In this document: in pieces, positions 1 to 8,094 of the stretch | How the letters are laid out: every line of letters starts with the position of its first letter | Position numbering within the stretch: the first letter of the stretch is position 1 | Assembly: GCA_964532995.1 (NCBI GenBank) | Contig: CAZHJN010000004.1 | Span: 1-61,309 of the forward strand | From: an uncultured bacterium | GTDB taxonomy: Bacteria; Ratteibacteria; UBA8468; B48-G9; DTJG01 | Length of the DNA: 61,309 nt | Direction: 5' to 3' | Notes under the pieces: generated by a model | Seen by the model: only the letters and a program-made list of their open reading frames with translations | The model's database searches: none | What the model was told of the DNA's origin: nothing | Translations under genes and position numbers: made by a program

Positions 1-1
1 C

Positions 2-37
2 GGTATTACTGCTCCTGTGATGTTGTATGCACAGTAA
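2..37 (+). CDS. Probable 3' end of an upstream gene, truncated by the window edge (...GITAPVMLYAQ*)
   Basis: Open frame from base 2 to TAA at 35-37, followed by an AT-rich spacer. Too short to assign a function. Confidence 0.35.
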   Translation, partial: GITAPVMLYAQ

Positions 38-82
38 AAATTATATATAATAGTTAAAAGTATTTTTCAACAGGGAGGGGCC

Positions 83-865
83 ATGATAAAGCATCTTGCT
101 TTTTGGCTGTTTTCCGTTTTGATATTTTTTAGCCCGCATGCGCCTGCAGCCAGAGAACTTTATGTTGAGATTCAGAAGGATGATATTTTGCTTGCAACAC
201 AAGGCGCTCTTTACGATGTCTCATCCACAGGTATACACTCAGCCGGTTATATGATGTATTTTGCTGCAAAGGATTTCACAGCAAACAAAGACCTTGTCGT
301 TAAAAAACTTAAAGAAGCAAAGATCGTTGTTGATAATCCGGATAGAAAAGTTGTGAAGGCGGTATTTCTTATGGAAAACCAGAAAGGTGTGATAGACAAT
401 GATTATCAGCATATTATTTTTCTTGAAACAAGAAAGAACTATCCTTTTCTTGCGGTTGATTCAAGGTTTGTATACCTCGGAGATGGAAATCATGCTTGTG
501 GAATAAACTGGGGTATGGAAGGTAATTCTGAGGCAAACAAATTCAGGTACTACGCCTATCCCAAGGGTAATAAAGTTTTGAATTATAAACTTGGTCCTCT
601 GAAAGCCACTAAAAGCAATAAAATTGGGGTGGTTAACTGGTTATATGCGCATGATGGCAAAGGTGAAGGCGCTGGATTAATCTGTGGGGGGTTGCTGGGC
701 AAAGGAGAGGATTTTATTTTTATTAACTCTGTGCCGCAGAAGAAAAATTTGAAAAAGGGCGCTTATATTGAGGTTTTCTTCATCACCATGCCAATTTCAA
801 AAAATTTCAAGATTCTGCAGCAGATATATGATGAAATAAAAACTGTGAAATGGTCATATAAATAA
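83..865 (+). CDS. Secreted hypothetical protein
   Basis: 260-aa ORF with RBS GGGAGGGG and an N-terminal signal peptide ending ...HAPAA. No recognisable catalytic motif. Confidence 0.75.
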   Translation: MIKHLAFWLFSVLIFFSPHAPAARELYVEIQKDDILLATQGALYDVSSTGIHSAGYMMYFAAKDFTANKDLVVKKLKEAKIVVDNPDRKVVKAVFLMENQKGVIDNDYQHIIFLETRKNYPFLAVDSRFVYLGDGNHACGINWGMEGNSEANKFRYYAYPKGNKVLNYKLGPLKATKSNKIGVVNWLYAHDGKGEGAGLICGGLLGKGEDFIFINSVPQKKNLKKGAYIEVFFITMPISKNFKILQQIYDEIKTVKWSYK

Positions 866-891
866 TCTTTTTTTACATTCAGGAGGTATTT

Positions 892-1431
892 ATGGGTATC
901 CTGAGCGAAGAAGAAAAGGCAAGAATTATTGAAGAAGAAGAGATCAGAGCATCCGTCAGAAGAAAATATGAACAGAAATCATCTGGCGCTGCTGCTGTTC
1001 TTTCTTTGCTATGTCCGGGACTTGGCCAGGTTTACAACAATCAATTTGGGAAGGGTGTTGCTTTTTTTGTGACGGTGCTTGTGGGACTTGTTCTTTTTCT
1101 ATGGGGACTCATAGGGACCGTGAAGGAATTGAGAGCATTTGCAGGTGGACATCAGATGAGCACCATTTCTGAAGGAGCTGGGATTTCATCAGAAGAACCT
1201 GTGCCGCTTACAGAAGAAGGATTTGTTATTGAAGAGGTTGAAAAAGAGCAAAAAGCCGTTGAAGAAGGAAAACAAAAAGAAGAACAGGATTCTCTGACAA
1301 AGTATATTCCCAAAAAGTTTGTGGTAATGACATTGATCGGGCTTGTTCTGATGGTTGCCGGAGCCGGAACTGCGGTGAAGGATGCAATAAAAACTGCAAA
1401 AAGGATTAATCAGGGTCTGGGAAAAACATAA
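892..1431 (+). CDS. TM2-like membrane protein
   Basis: AGGAGG RBS; motif KSSGAAAVLSLLCPGLGQVY..Q.GKG typical of TM2-like domains; about three hydrophobic segments. Confidence 0.7.
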   Translation: MGILSEEEKARIIEEEEIRASVRRKYEQKSSGAAAVLSLLCPGLGQVYNNQFGKGVAFFVTVLVGLVLFLWGLIGTVKELRAFAGGHQMSTISEGAGISSEEPVPLTEEGFVIEEVEKEQKAVEEGKQKEEQDSLTKYIPKKFVVMTLIGLVLMVAGAGTAVKDAIKTAKRINQGLGKT

Positions 1432-1435
1432 AATT

Positions 1436-2206
1436 TTAAAAGTTTTCTATTGCCCTGCGGCACTTTTTCACTCTTTCAGAGGCGCCCGAGATCAGGTACT
1501 GAACATCGGATCCAGAAGCCATCAATATTGCTCCCTGTTTTGTTCTGAATGCAAAATCATCGGGTGTCGCTGCAGGCATTCCCCATGGTTTGCCATACCG
1601 GTTTGCAACCTCAATAACCTTTTCAATGCACTTCTGCACTTCAGGATGTTTAAAATTACCCTTATAGCCCATTGAAAAAGATAGATCAGCATATCCAATC
1701 CATATCCCGTCAACAGGTAGCCGGACAATCTCCTCAATTTCATCTATGGCTGTGGGTTGTTCGATCTGACATATCAACAGAATTTCTTCATTAGCCTTTT
1801 CCTCATATTCCTGTTTGAAAGTCCAGAAATCAGTTGCTCGAACAGGACTGTATCCGCGGTTTCCTATCGGTGGATATTTTGAGTATGAAATGGCTTTTTT
1901 TACATCATCTGCATTTTCAATCATGGGCACCATTATTCCACCGGCGCCAGCATCAAGAACCCACTTGATATGAGACGGATCATTTCCTCTCACCCTTACA
2001 ATTGGAGTGGTTTCTGTGTCTCTGAGAGCATAAATCATTGACTGAACCTGTGTTTCAGTAAAAGGGTGATGTTCATTATCTATCAGGAGCCAGTCATAGC
2101 CAGCACGTGCCATAATGATTGCCACCCCGGGATCACCGAGACAGATCCATCCTCCCAGGGAGGGTTTTCTTTTCCGGATCAAGCCCGCAAGTTTATTTTC
2201 TTTCAT
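1436..2206 (-). CDS. HpcH/HpaI (GarL-like) class II aldolase
   Basis: Motifs GYDWLLIDNEH, IVRVR, LDAGAGGIMVPMI, KYPPIGNRG, QIE, IGYADLS. Confidence 0.92.
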   Translation of the reverse strand: MKENKLAGLIRKRKPSLGGWICLGDPGVAIIMARAGYDWLLIDNEHHPFTETQVQSMIYALRDTETTPIVRVRGNDPSHIKWVLDAGAGGIMVPMIENADDVKKAISYSKYPPIGNRGYSPVRATDFWTFKQEYEEKANEEILLICQIEQPTAIDEIEEIVRLPVDGIWIGYADLSFSMGYKGNFKHPEVQKCIEKVIEVANRYGKPWGMPAATPDDFAFRTKQGAILMASGSDVQYLISGASERVKKCRRAIENF

Positions 2207-2287
2207 CTTAAATTGTATATTAACATAAAATGAAAAAACATAAAAAGACTCTTGAAATCAATAGAATCTGTGATAATCTAATGTTTT

Positions 2288-3301
2288 ATGAGACCTTCAG
2301 ATGATAAAAAATGGATAGAGGCGGTTATAAACCACAAAGAGATGCCTGTGCCTTATAACTTTATGTTTTCACCAGTTTCATTGAAAATCGCAGAGCAGAG
2401 ATATGGTTCGCCTGTTTCTGAAGCGCTTTCTTTGCCGATCAGGATGATTTCTCCAAAATCAATCAAGCCGCTTTATGCAGACCCTGAGATTTTTGGAGAC
2501 ACAGCAGTGGATGAATATGGTGTTTTGTGGTCAACAAGTTCAATAGATCGAGGAGCACCGATAGGACCCGTTCTCAAAGAGCCAGATCTTTCGGGATACA
2601 GATTTCCTGACCCCGGGCTTCCATACAGATTTGAAGATATTGAAAACTGGTGTGAAAAACAGAAAATCCATTATAGAATAATCTGGGTTGGAGACCTGTG
2701 GGAAAGAGCCACATTCATGAGGGGTATGGCGAATTTACTTGTTGATACAATTGAAAATCCTGACTTTGTATTGGACCTATTAAGGGGCATCACAGATTAT
2801 ATTATTGGAACCATGGAGATTCTTTTTGAGAGATTTGAATTTGAAGCAATTGCACTCAGTGACGATTATGGAACTCAGAAAGGTATGCTGATTTCACCTG
2901 AATTATGGAGAAGATTTGTAAAACCATTTGTTAAAGAAATTTATAATTTTGGAATAAAAAATGATAAAAGGATTTTTCAGCATTCATGTGGTAATATTTT
3001 GCCGATCATTCCTGATCTGATTGAACTTGGATTGGATATATTGCATCCGATTCAACCTGAAGCGATGAATTTACAATATCTTAAGAGAGAATTTGGAATG
3101 GATCTGTGTTTTTGTGGTGGAATCAGCACACAGAACCTGCTTGTAAGAGGAGGACCGCAGGATATTCGGGATGAGGTGAAACGTTTGAAGGAGACCATGG
3201 GAAAGGAAGGTGGCTATATTCTTGAACCGGGTATCACCATTCAGGCAGATGTACCACCGGAAAATCTATACGCATTGATAGATGAAGCAATGAATTTATG
3301 A
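2288..3301 (+). CDS. Uroporphyrinogen decarboxylase / MtaA-CmuA methyltransferase superfamily protein
   Basis: Motifs DEYGVLW, MRGMANLL, SDDYGTQKGMLISPELWR, HSCGN, HPIQPEAM, GGISTQ, GGYIL. Confidence 0.88.
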   Translation: MRPSDDKKWIEAVINHKEMPVPYNFMFSPVSLKIAEQRYGSPVSEALSLPIRMISPKSIKPLYADPEIFGDTAVDEYGVLWSTSSIDRGAPIGPVLKEPDLSGYRFPDPGLPYRFEDIENWCEKQKIHYRIIWVGDLWERATFMRGMANLLVDTIENPDFVLDLLRGITDYIIGTMEILFERFEFEAIALSDDYGTQKGMLISPELWRRFVKPFVKEIYNFGIKNDKRIFQHSCGNILPIIPDLIELGLDILHPIQPEAMNLQYLKREFGMDLCFCGGISTQNLLVRGGPQDIRDEVKRLKETMGKEGGYILEPGITIQADVPPENLYALIDEAMNL

Positions 3302-3312
3302 GGAGTAAATAT

Positions 3313-3972
3313 ATGGCAATTCCTGATAGAAAAACCTATCTGGTAAAGCTTGTGGAGGAATTGAGAAAACAGTGGCCTGAAAATAGAACCATAAATATTG
3401 TCTGCCACGGTCACAGTGTTCCATCAGGATATTTTGCAACACCTTATGTGGACACATTTAATTCATATCCGCATCTTTTGCATAAAAAACTTAAAGAAAG
3501 ATTTCCCTTTGCTGTGATAAATGTGATTGTCACAGCAATCGGAGGAGAAAATTCAATTTCCGGTGCAAAAAGATTTTCTTCAGATGTACTGATACACAAA
3601 CCCGACCTTATTTTAATTGACTATGGACTTAATGACAGAAAGGCAGATGAGAATTCAGTAAAAACCTCCTGGAGAACGATGGTCAGGCAGGCAAAAGAAA
3701 GAAATATTCCAGTAATTTTGCTCACACCATCATGGGATTTTTCTGTTCTTGAGAAACAGAATGAAAACGGTGAACTTCTCAGGAAACGGGCCTCTCTCAT
3801 CAGAGAAATTGCATCTGAAGAAGAAGCTGGTCTTGCTGATGTCTATGCTGCTTTTGAAAGAGCAGTGGCTCTGGGGATTCCATTTGAATCATTGATGTCA
3901 TGGATAAATCATCCATCAAGGCAGGGACACCAGCTTATTGTTGATGAGATAGTTTTGTGGTTTCCTTTTTAA
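3313..3972 (+). CDS. SGNH/GDSL hydrolase (atypical GHS block I)
   Basis: Blocks CHGHSVPSG, TAIGGENS, DYGLND, NHPSRQGH. Start moved to ATG 3313, which follows an AGGAG RBS. Confidence 0.85.
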   Translation: MAIPDRKTYLVKLVEELRKQWPENRTINIVCHGHSVPSGYFATPYVDTFNSYPHLLHKKLKERFPFAVINVIVTAIGGENSISGAKRFSSDVLIHKPDLILIDYGLNDRKADENSVKTSWRTMVRQAKERNIPVILLTPSWDFSVLEKQNENGELLRKRASLIREIASEEEAGLADVYAAFERAVALGIPFESLMSWINHPSRQGHQLIVDEIVLWFPF

Positions 3973-3994
3973 TTTTTTACTCAAAGGAGATGAA

Positions 3995-5644
3995 ATGATT
4001 TTCAGTAAAAAGAATAAACTACCTTCATGGAGAAGAGAATTTTCAGAACCCGCAATAAAAAACAGGTTTTTTCATCTTGATCTGAAAGGACCAAAAATTC
4101 CTTTTGAAGTACTGGTCTCACTTCTCCAGCAGCTTGCAAGGTGGGGGATAAATGGTGTTATTGTTGAATATGAGCATAGAATTCCTTTTTTGCCACTTTC
4201 GGAACAATTTCCGTCCAAAGAAAAATATACGGAAACACAGATAAAATTTCTTATTGAAAAAGCAAATTCTCTCGGGATTCAATGGATACCACTTGTTCAG
4301 ACCTTTGGACATGTTGAATACCTTTCAGGATTGAAAGGGACAGAGAACTTATTTGAAAATCCTGAATATCCATCACAGCTATGTCCATCAAGAAAGGAAG
4401 TGAAAAAATACATTGAAGAGTTAATTGATTATGTGTGCTATTTGCATCCAGAATCGAGATACATACATGTCGGACAGGATGAAACACGCCAGCTTGGTCT
4501 GTGCGATATATGCGCAGGAAGGATGAAAAAACTGGGTGGAAAGATTGAATTGTTTCTGGATCATGCACAATTTGTCTGGCAGCAGGTTTTCAAACATAAG
4601 AAGATACCAGTACTATGGGCGGATATGCTGATTGGAAATGGCAGAATTGACCTTATTGATAAAATTGACAGAAGGGTTATTCTGCTTCCATGGGACTATA
4701 CATCCATGGGAAAAACATCAAGATTTGTTATTTACAGAGGTTTCAGGCCTTCAAAAAAGCAGTTTTTCAACAGGTATGCTGAGCCAGAGCCAATTTTCAA
4801 TCTTGTGAGAAATGACCAATTTTTTGAAGATCTTGACAAAAAGGAAATAAAAACCATAGGAACAAATGATTCAGGTTATCCACTCAGTTTTGCTCAGGTA
4901 AGAATGCTTGCACGAACAAACAGGCCCCTGTGGGGAGCATGTGGCCTTTATATGAGTGCGGATATGCAATTCCACGCAAATTTTATCAGGGGTTTATTGA
5001 ATCCATCAGGAATGTGTGATGTCATTATTCCAAATAATGGAGAAGGTATTGTGGGAACACTGTGGGCAAAAGGTCATTCCGTTGCACCACTGAATGCACC
5101 GTGGACAACCGTTCTTTATAATCTGGTTCAGTTTGCGAGAGTTTCATATACAGGAAAAACAAATCCAGAGGATTTTAGAAAAACTGTAAATGAAATTGCT
5201 TATGAACTTGATATGCCTGTATTTTATGGTAATGATTGGACTCTTGATGATATTTGCTGGATGATTTCATCCCCATCCCTTCGTGACAGAGTATCAACAC
5301 TTGCCATTATTACTGATATGCTTGATAAACAGGATGTTTCCGGTTGTTTTGGCGAAGGGCTTAAACTCTGTCTGAAGGCTGAGTGTTTACAGGCGAGAAT
5401 GAGAAGTGTTATTGATGAGGGAAGATGGTGGTATTCCACAAGAGATTTGATGCCGGTATCTTTGAAAAATGGTATGAAGCAGAGGATGTCCGGCGCATCA
5501 GAGGAAATAGGAAATCTGAAAAAACAGATGAAAGATTATTATCTGAGATGGGTGGGTGATAGAACTTCTTTTAATCTGTGGTGGAGTAATCTATTCACTC
5601 TTGATACATTTCTCGTTCAGGAAACAATAAGAAGATTCAGATAG
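3995..5644 (+). CDS. GH20-like hexosaminidase (hexosaminidase D type), cytoplasmic
   Basis: Motifs HLDLKG, EYEH, IPLVQTFGHVEY, IHVGQDET (catalytic DE), WADM, WDY. No signal peptide. Confidence 0.85.
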   Translation: MIFSKKNKLPSWRREFSEPAIKNRFFHLDLKGPKIPFEVLVSLLQQLARWGINGVIVEYEHRIPFLPLSEQFPSKEKYTETQIKFLIEKANSLGIQWIPLVQTFGHVEYLSGLKGTENLFENPEYPSQLCPSRKEVKKYIEELIDYVCYLHPESRYIHVGQDETRQLGLCDICAGRMKKLGGKIELFLDHAQFVWQQVFKHKKIPVLWADMLIGNGRIDLIDKIDRRVILLPWDYTSMGKTSRFVIYRGFRPSKKQFFNRYAEPEPIFNLVRNDQFFEDLDKKEIKTIGTNDSGYPLSFAQVRMLARTNRPLWGACGLYMSADMQFHANFIRGLLNPSGMCDVIIPNNGEGIVGTLWAKGHSVAPLNAPWTTVLYNLVQFARVSYTGKTNPEDFRKTVNEIAYELDMPVFYGNDWTLDDICWMISSPSLRDRVSTLAIITDMLDKQDVSGCFGEGLKLCLKAECLQARMRSVIDEGRWWYSTRDLMPVSLKNGMKQRMSGASEEIGNLKKQMKDYYLRWVGDRTSFNLWWSNLFTLDTFLVQETIRRFR

Positions 5645-5645
5645 T

Positions 5646-6323
5646 TCAATCAGAAGAATTTTCCCAGTACATCCTGCTTGTAAATACGTGATAATCTTTA
5701 TAAGCAAGGTTCAATACCTTCTGATTGTAATTATAGTAATGCCAGAAGCATCTTACAATTGGCAAGTTATCAGACAGCCCCTGATAGGATGCCTGCCACA
5801 TTTTTGCTTCTTTCCATGAAACCCTTCCATCTCTATTGGTATCTGCCTGGTTCAAATCTGTGTCAGTATATGTGCCACTTGCATAACCCTGCATAAACCA
5901 TTCGCATGTGCATGGACTGAATTCATATATATAACTGCAGGTTGTTACATTTGGATTTCTGTAAGCAAATTCAGGTTCGTACGGTGGCGAATACCCTGGT
6001 ATCTGGTTTGGTGGTATATCATTGCCTCCAGGAAATTGCGGGTTTCCATGTCCTGAGACACCTCTGTACCTGTCTGTGAGGCATATGAAAATCTTGTCAG
6101 TTTGAAGATAAGAAGGTACCATTGTTGAAAGCCATGTGGGATAATCATCATAGTCCTGATAATAGATTTCCACGGCTATTCCTATCTGATGAAGGTTATT
6201 AATACAATTTGCCTGTCTTCCTTTTTCCCTTGCTGTTGAAAGTGATGGCATTACCTGGCCGGCAAGCATGCTTATTATCGCAATCACAACAAGCAGCTCA
6301 ATAAGGGTGAACCCGCGTTTCAT
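5646..6323 (-). CDS. Prepilin-type N-terminal cleavage/methylation protein (DUF1559-like)
   Basis: Class III leader MKRG|[39 protein letters not shown], and a degenerate C-terminal NLAYKDYHV. Confidence 0.9.
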   Translation of the reverse strand: MKRGFTLIELLVVIAIISMLAGQVMPSLSTAREKGRQANCINNLHQIGIAVEIYYQDYDDYPTWLSTMVPSYLQTDKIFICLTDRYRGVSGHGNPQFPGGNDIPPNQIPGYSPPYEPEFAYRNPNVTTCSYIYEFSPCTCEWFMQGYASGTYTDTDLNQADTNRDGRVSWKEAKMWQASYQGLSDNLPIVRCFWHYYNYNQKVLNLAYKDYHVFTSRMYWENSSD

Positions 6324-7024
6324 TTTTTCTTCTCCTTATTTTTGATAAAATCAAGAGTCTGTTTGGCAGCTTCCTTCATCTGCATATCAGGATCATTATA
6401 AAAAATTGCGTTCAACCTTCCTTCAAGATCCATTGTTCCTGTATTTTTAATCACATCAAGAGCCAGCAACCTTATTTCATCATTTTCCTGCTGGTTTTCA
6501 GCGATCTCCATAAGTTTGTCGTTAAACTCGGGTTTTTTTAAAGAATCAACTATGCCAATGATTTTTTTCTTTGTTTCAATATCTTCGTTTCCAAATCTAT
6601 CCATCAAATATGAGACGTTATTTCTGTCCAGTTTGATTAGTGCATCCATGGCAATGTCTTTTGTATCCTTATTCTGGGAATCGAGGAGTTTTGCAAGTTT
6701 GTTTATGTCAATTCTTCCGAGAGACCATGCAGCAACCCTTTTTATTTTCGGTTCAGGATCTTCCTTTATTATTTTCTCAAGTGTATCAGCCATTTCCTTA
6801 ACTCTATACAGTCCTACTGTGTAAACACCTGTTTCTCTCTGCGCTGGATCTTTGCTGCGAATTTGTTTCATGTAGTTTTCTATCGTTGGATTTTTGCTTA
6901 CTGTGGCTCTGTAAATTGTCCTGCCTACGGCAAAAAGAGAAAGAATGATGATTGCCACACAGACCCAGAAAACAATCCTATTTTTCTGAGAAAGTCCCTT
7001 ATAGAAAGCTATTATCTTATTCAT
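6320..7024 (-). CDS. Membrane-anchored HEAT/PBS-lyase repeat protein
   Basis: One N-terminal TM helix, then helical repeats (DPEPKIKRVAAWSLGRI, DEIRLLALDVI, DPDMQMKEAAKQTL). ATGA overlap with the prepilin gene. Confidence 0.82.
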   Translation of the reverse strand: MNKIIAFYKGLSQKNRIVFWVCVAIIILSLFAVGRTIYRATVSKNPTIENYMKQIRSKDPAQRETGVYTVGLYRVKEMADTLEKIIKEDPEPKIKRVAAWSLGRIDINKLAKLLDSQNKDTKDIAMDALIKLDRNNVSYLMDRFGNEDIETKKKIIGIVDSLKKPEFNDKLMEIAENQQENDEIRLLALDVIKNTGTMDLEGRLNAIFYNDPDMQMKEAAKQTLDFIKNKEKKK

Positions 7025-7067
7025 AACCTTATTCTACCGAGTGCTTTTGTTTCTGTCAATACCTGAA

Positions 7068-8093
7068 TTATATTTGGATACAATCCATAAATTCAATAAG
7101 TTTTCCTGCCAGCTCATTATCAGGGATCATATTAAGATAGTCAGCAGCCAGTTTTTTATTCTTTTCTTTTGTTTTTTTATCTTCTGTATTGAGAAATCTT
7201 TCTGTCGCTGCAAATCCTGATGCAAGACACTCTACACATAATCCTTTTTCCTGCAATTGCTTTTTTTGAGAAAGCCTTGCTCTTTTTGAAAATGAGCGTG
7301 TTTTCTGAAGCATCAATCTTTTAAGATTTGCATTCTCAAGGAGGTATTCTCTCAGCGTGCCTTTCTCAAGGTGCCAGCAGCATTCAAGATAAATTGGATT
7401 TAACATTGCATTTTCAAGCCAGGCCTCTGGTTCTATCGGTATTTGATTAACTTCTGGCATCAATTCTGATATCAACCCTGCAAGATATTCTGCGAAAAAT
7501 TTGTTTCCTTCTGGTGTCAGGTGAACACCATCACGCTGTATCAGAGATTCCCTTGATTGTGGATTTTTTAAGATTTCCTGATGATATATGTTGAACCTGT
7601 CAAAGAGGGTCAGGTTTTCTATTTTTGAGACTTCCCTGATAAACGAATGGCTGAAAAATTCAACATAATTCTCCAGCCCGCCATAGAAAAGGGCCTTAGG
7701 ATTATCTCTCTGACTGTGCCACTGCTGGTCAAGGGTTGGAATTGTTTCAAGAATAATTCTGCTGGTTGTATTTTGTTTTATCTCGTTAATTATTTTTCTG
7801 TAGTATGTTTTGAACTGATCTCTGTCAGGAGCCCTTATACAATCATTCGCACCGAAACTCAATACAACAATATCCGGTCTGTACGAAAGACAATCCCTTT
7901 GTAATCTTTCAAATCCTTCTCTGGCTGTATTTCCACCATCTCCGCACGCCGCTACATCAATGATTCGGTTTTCACCATGGATACTGTTGAGTTTTTCTTC
8001 AAGAAAATCAGAATATCTTTCTCCCATTGCCACACCGGGTGACCACGACATTGAATCTCCGAACAGAACAACCTGGAGAAAATTTTTTTCCAT
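7068..8093 (-). CDS. SGNH/GDSL esterase with C-terminal helical extension
   Basis: Blocks LFGDSMS, GDGGNT, SFGAND, DGVHLTPEGN. Confidence 0.88.
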   Translation of the reverse strand: MEKNFLQVVLFGDSMSWSPGVAMGERYSDFLEEKLNSIHGENRIIDVAACGDGGNTAREGFERLQRDCLSYRPDIVVLSFGANDCIRAPDRDQFKTYYRKIINEIKQNTTSRIILETIPTLDQQWHSQRDNPKALFYGGLENYVEFFSHSFIREVSKIENLTLFDRFNIYHQEILKNPQSRESLIQRDGVHLTPEGNKFFAEYLAGLISELMPEVNQIPIEPEAWLENAMLNPIYLECCWHLEKGTLREYLLENANLKRLMLQKTRSFSKRARLSQKKQLQEKGLCVECLASGFAATERFLNTEDKKTKEKNKKLAADYLNMIPDNELAGKLIEFMDCIQI

Positions 8094-8094
8094 T

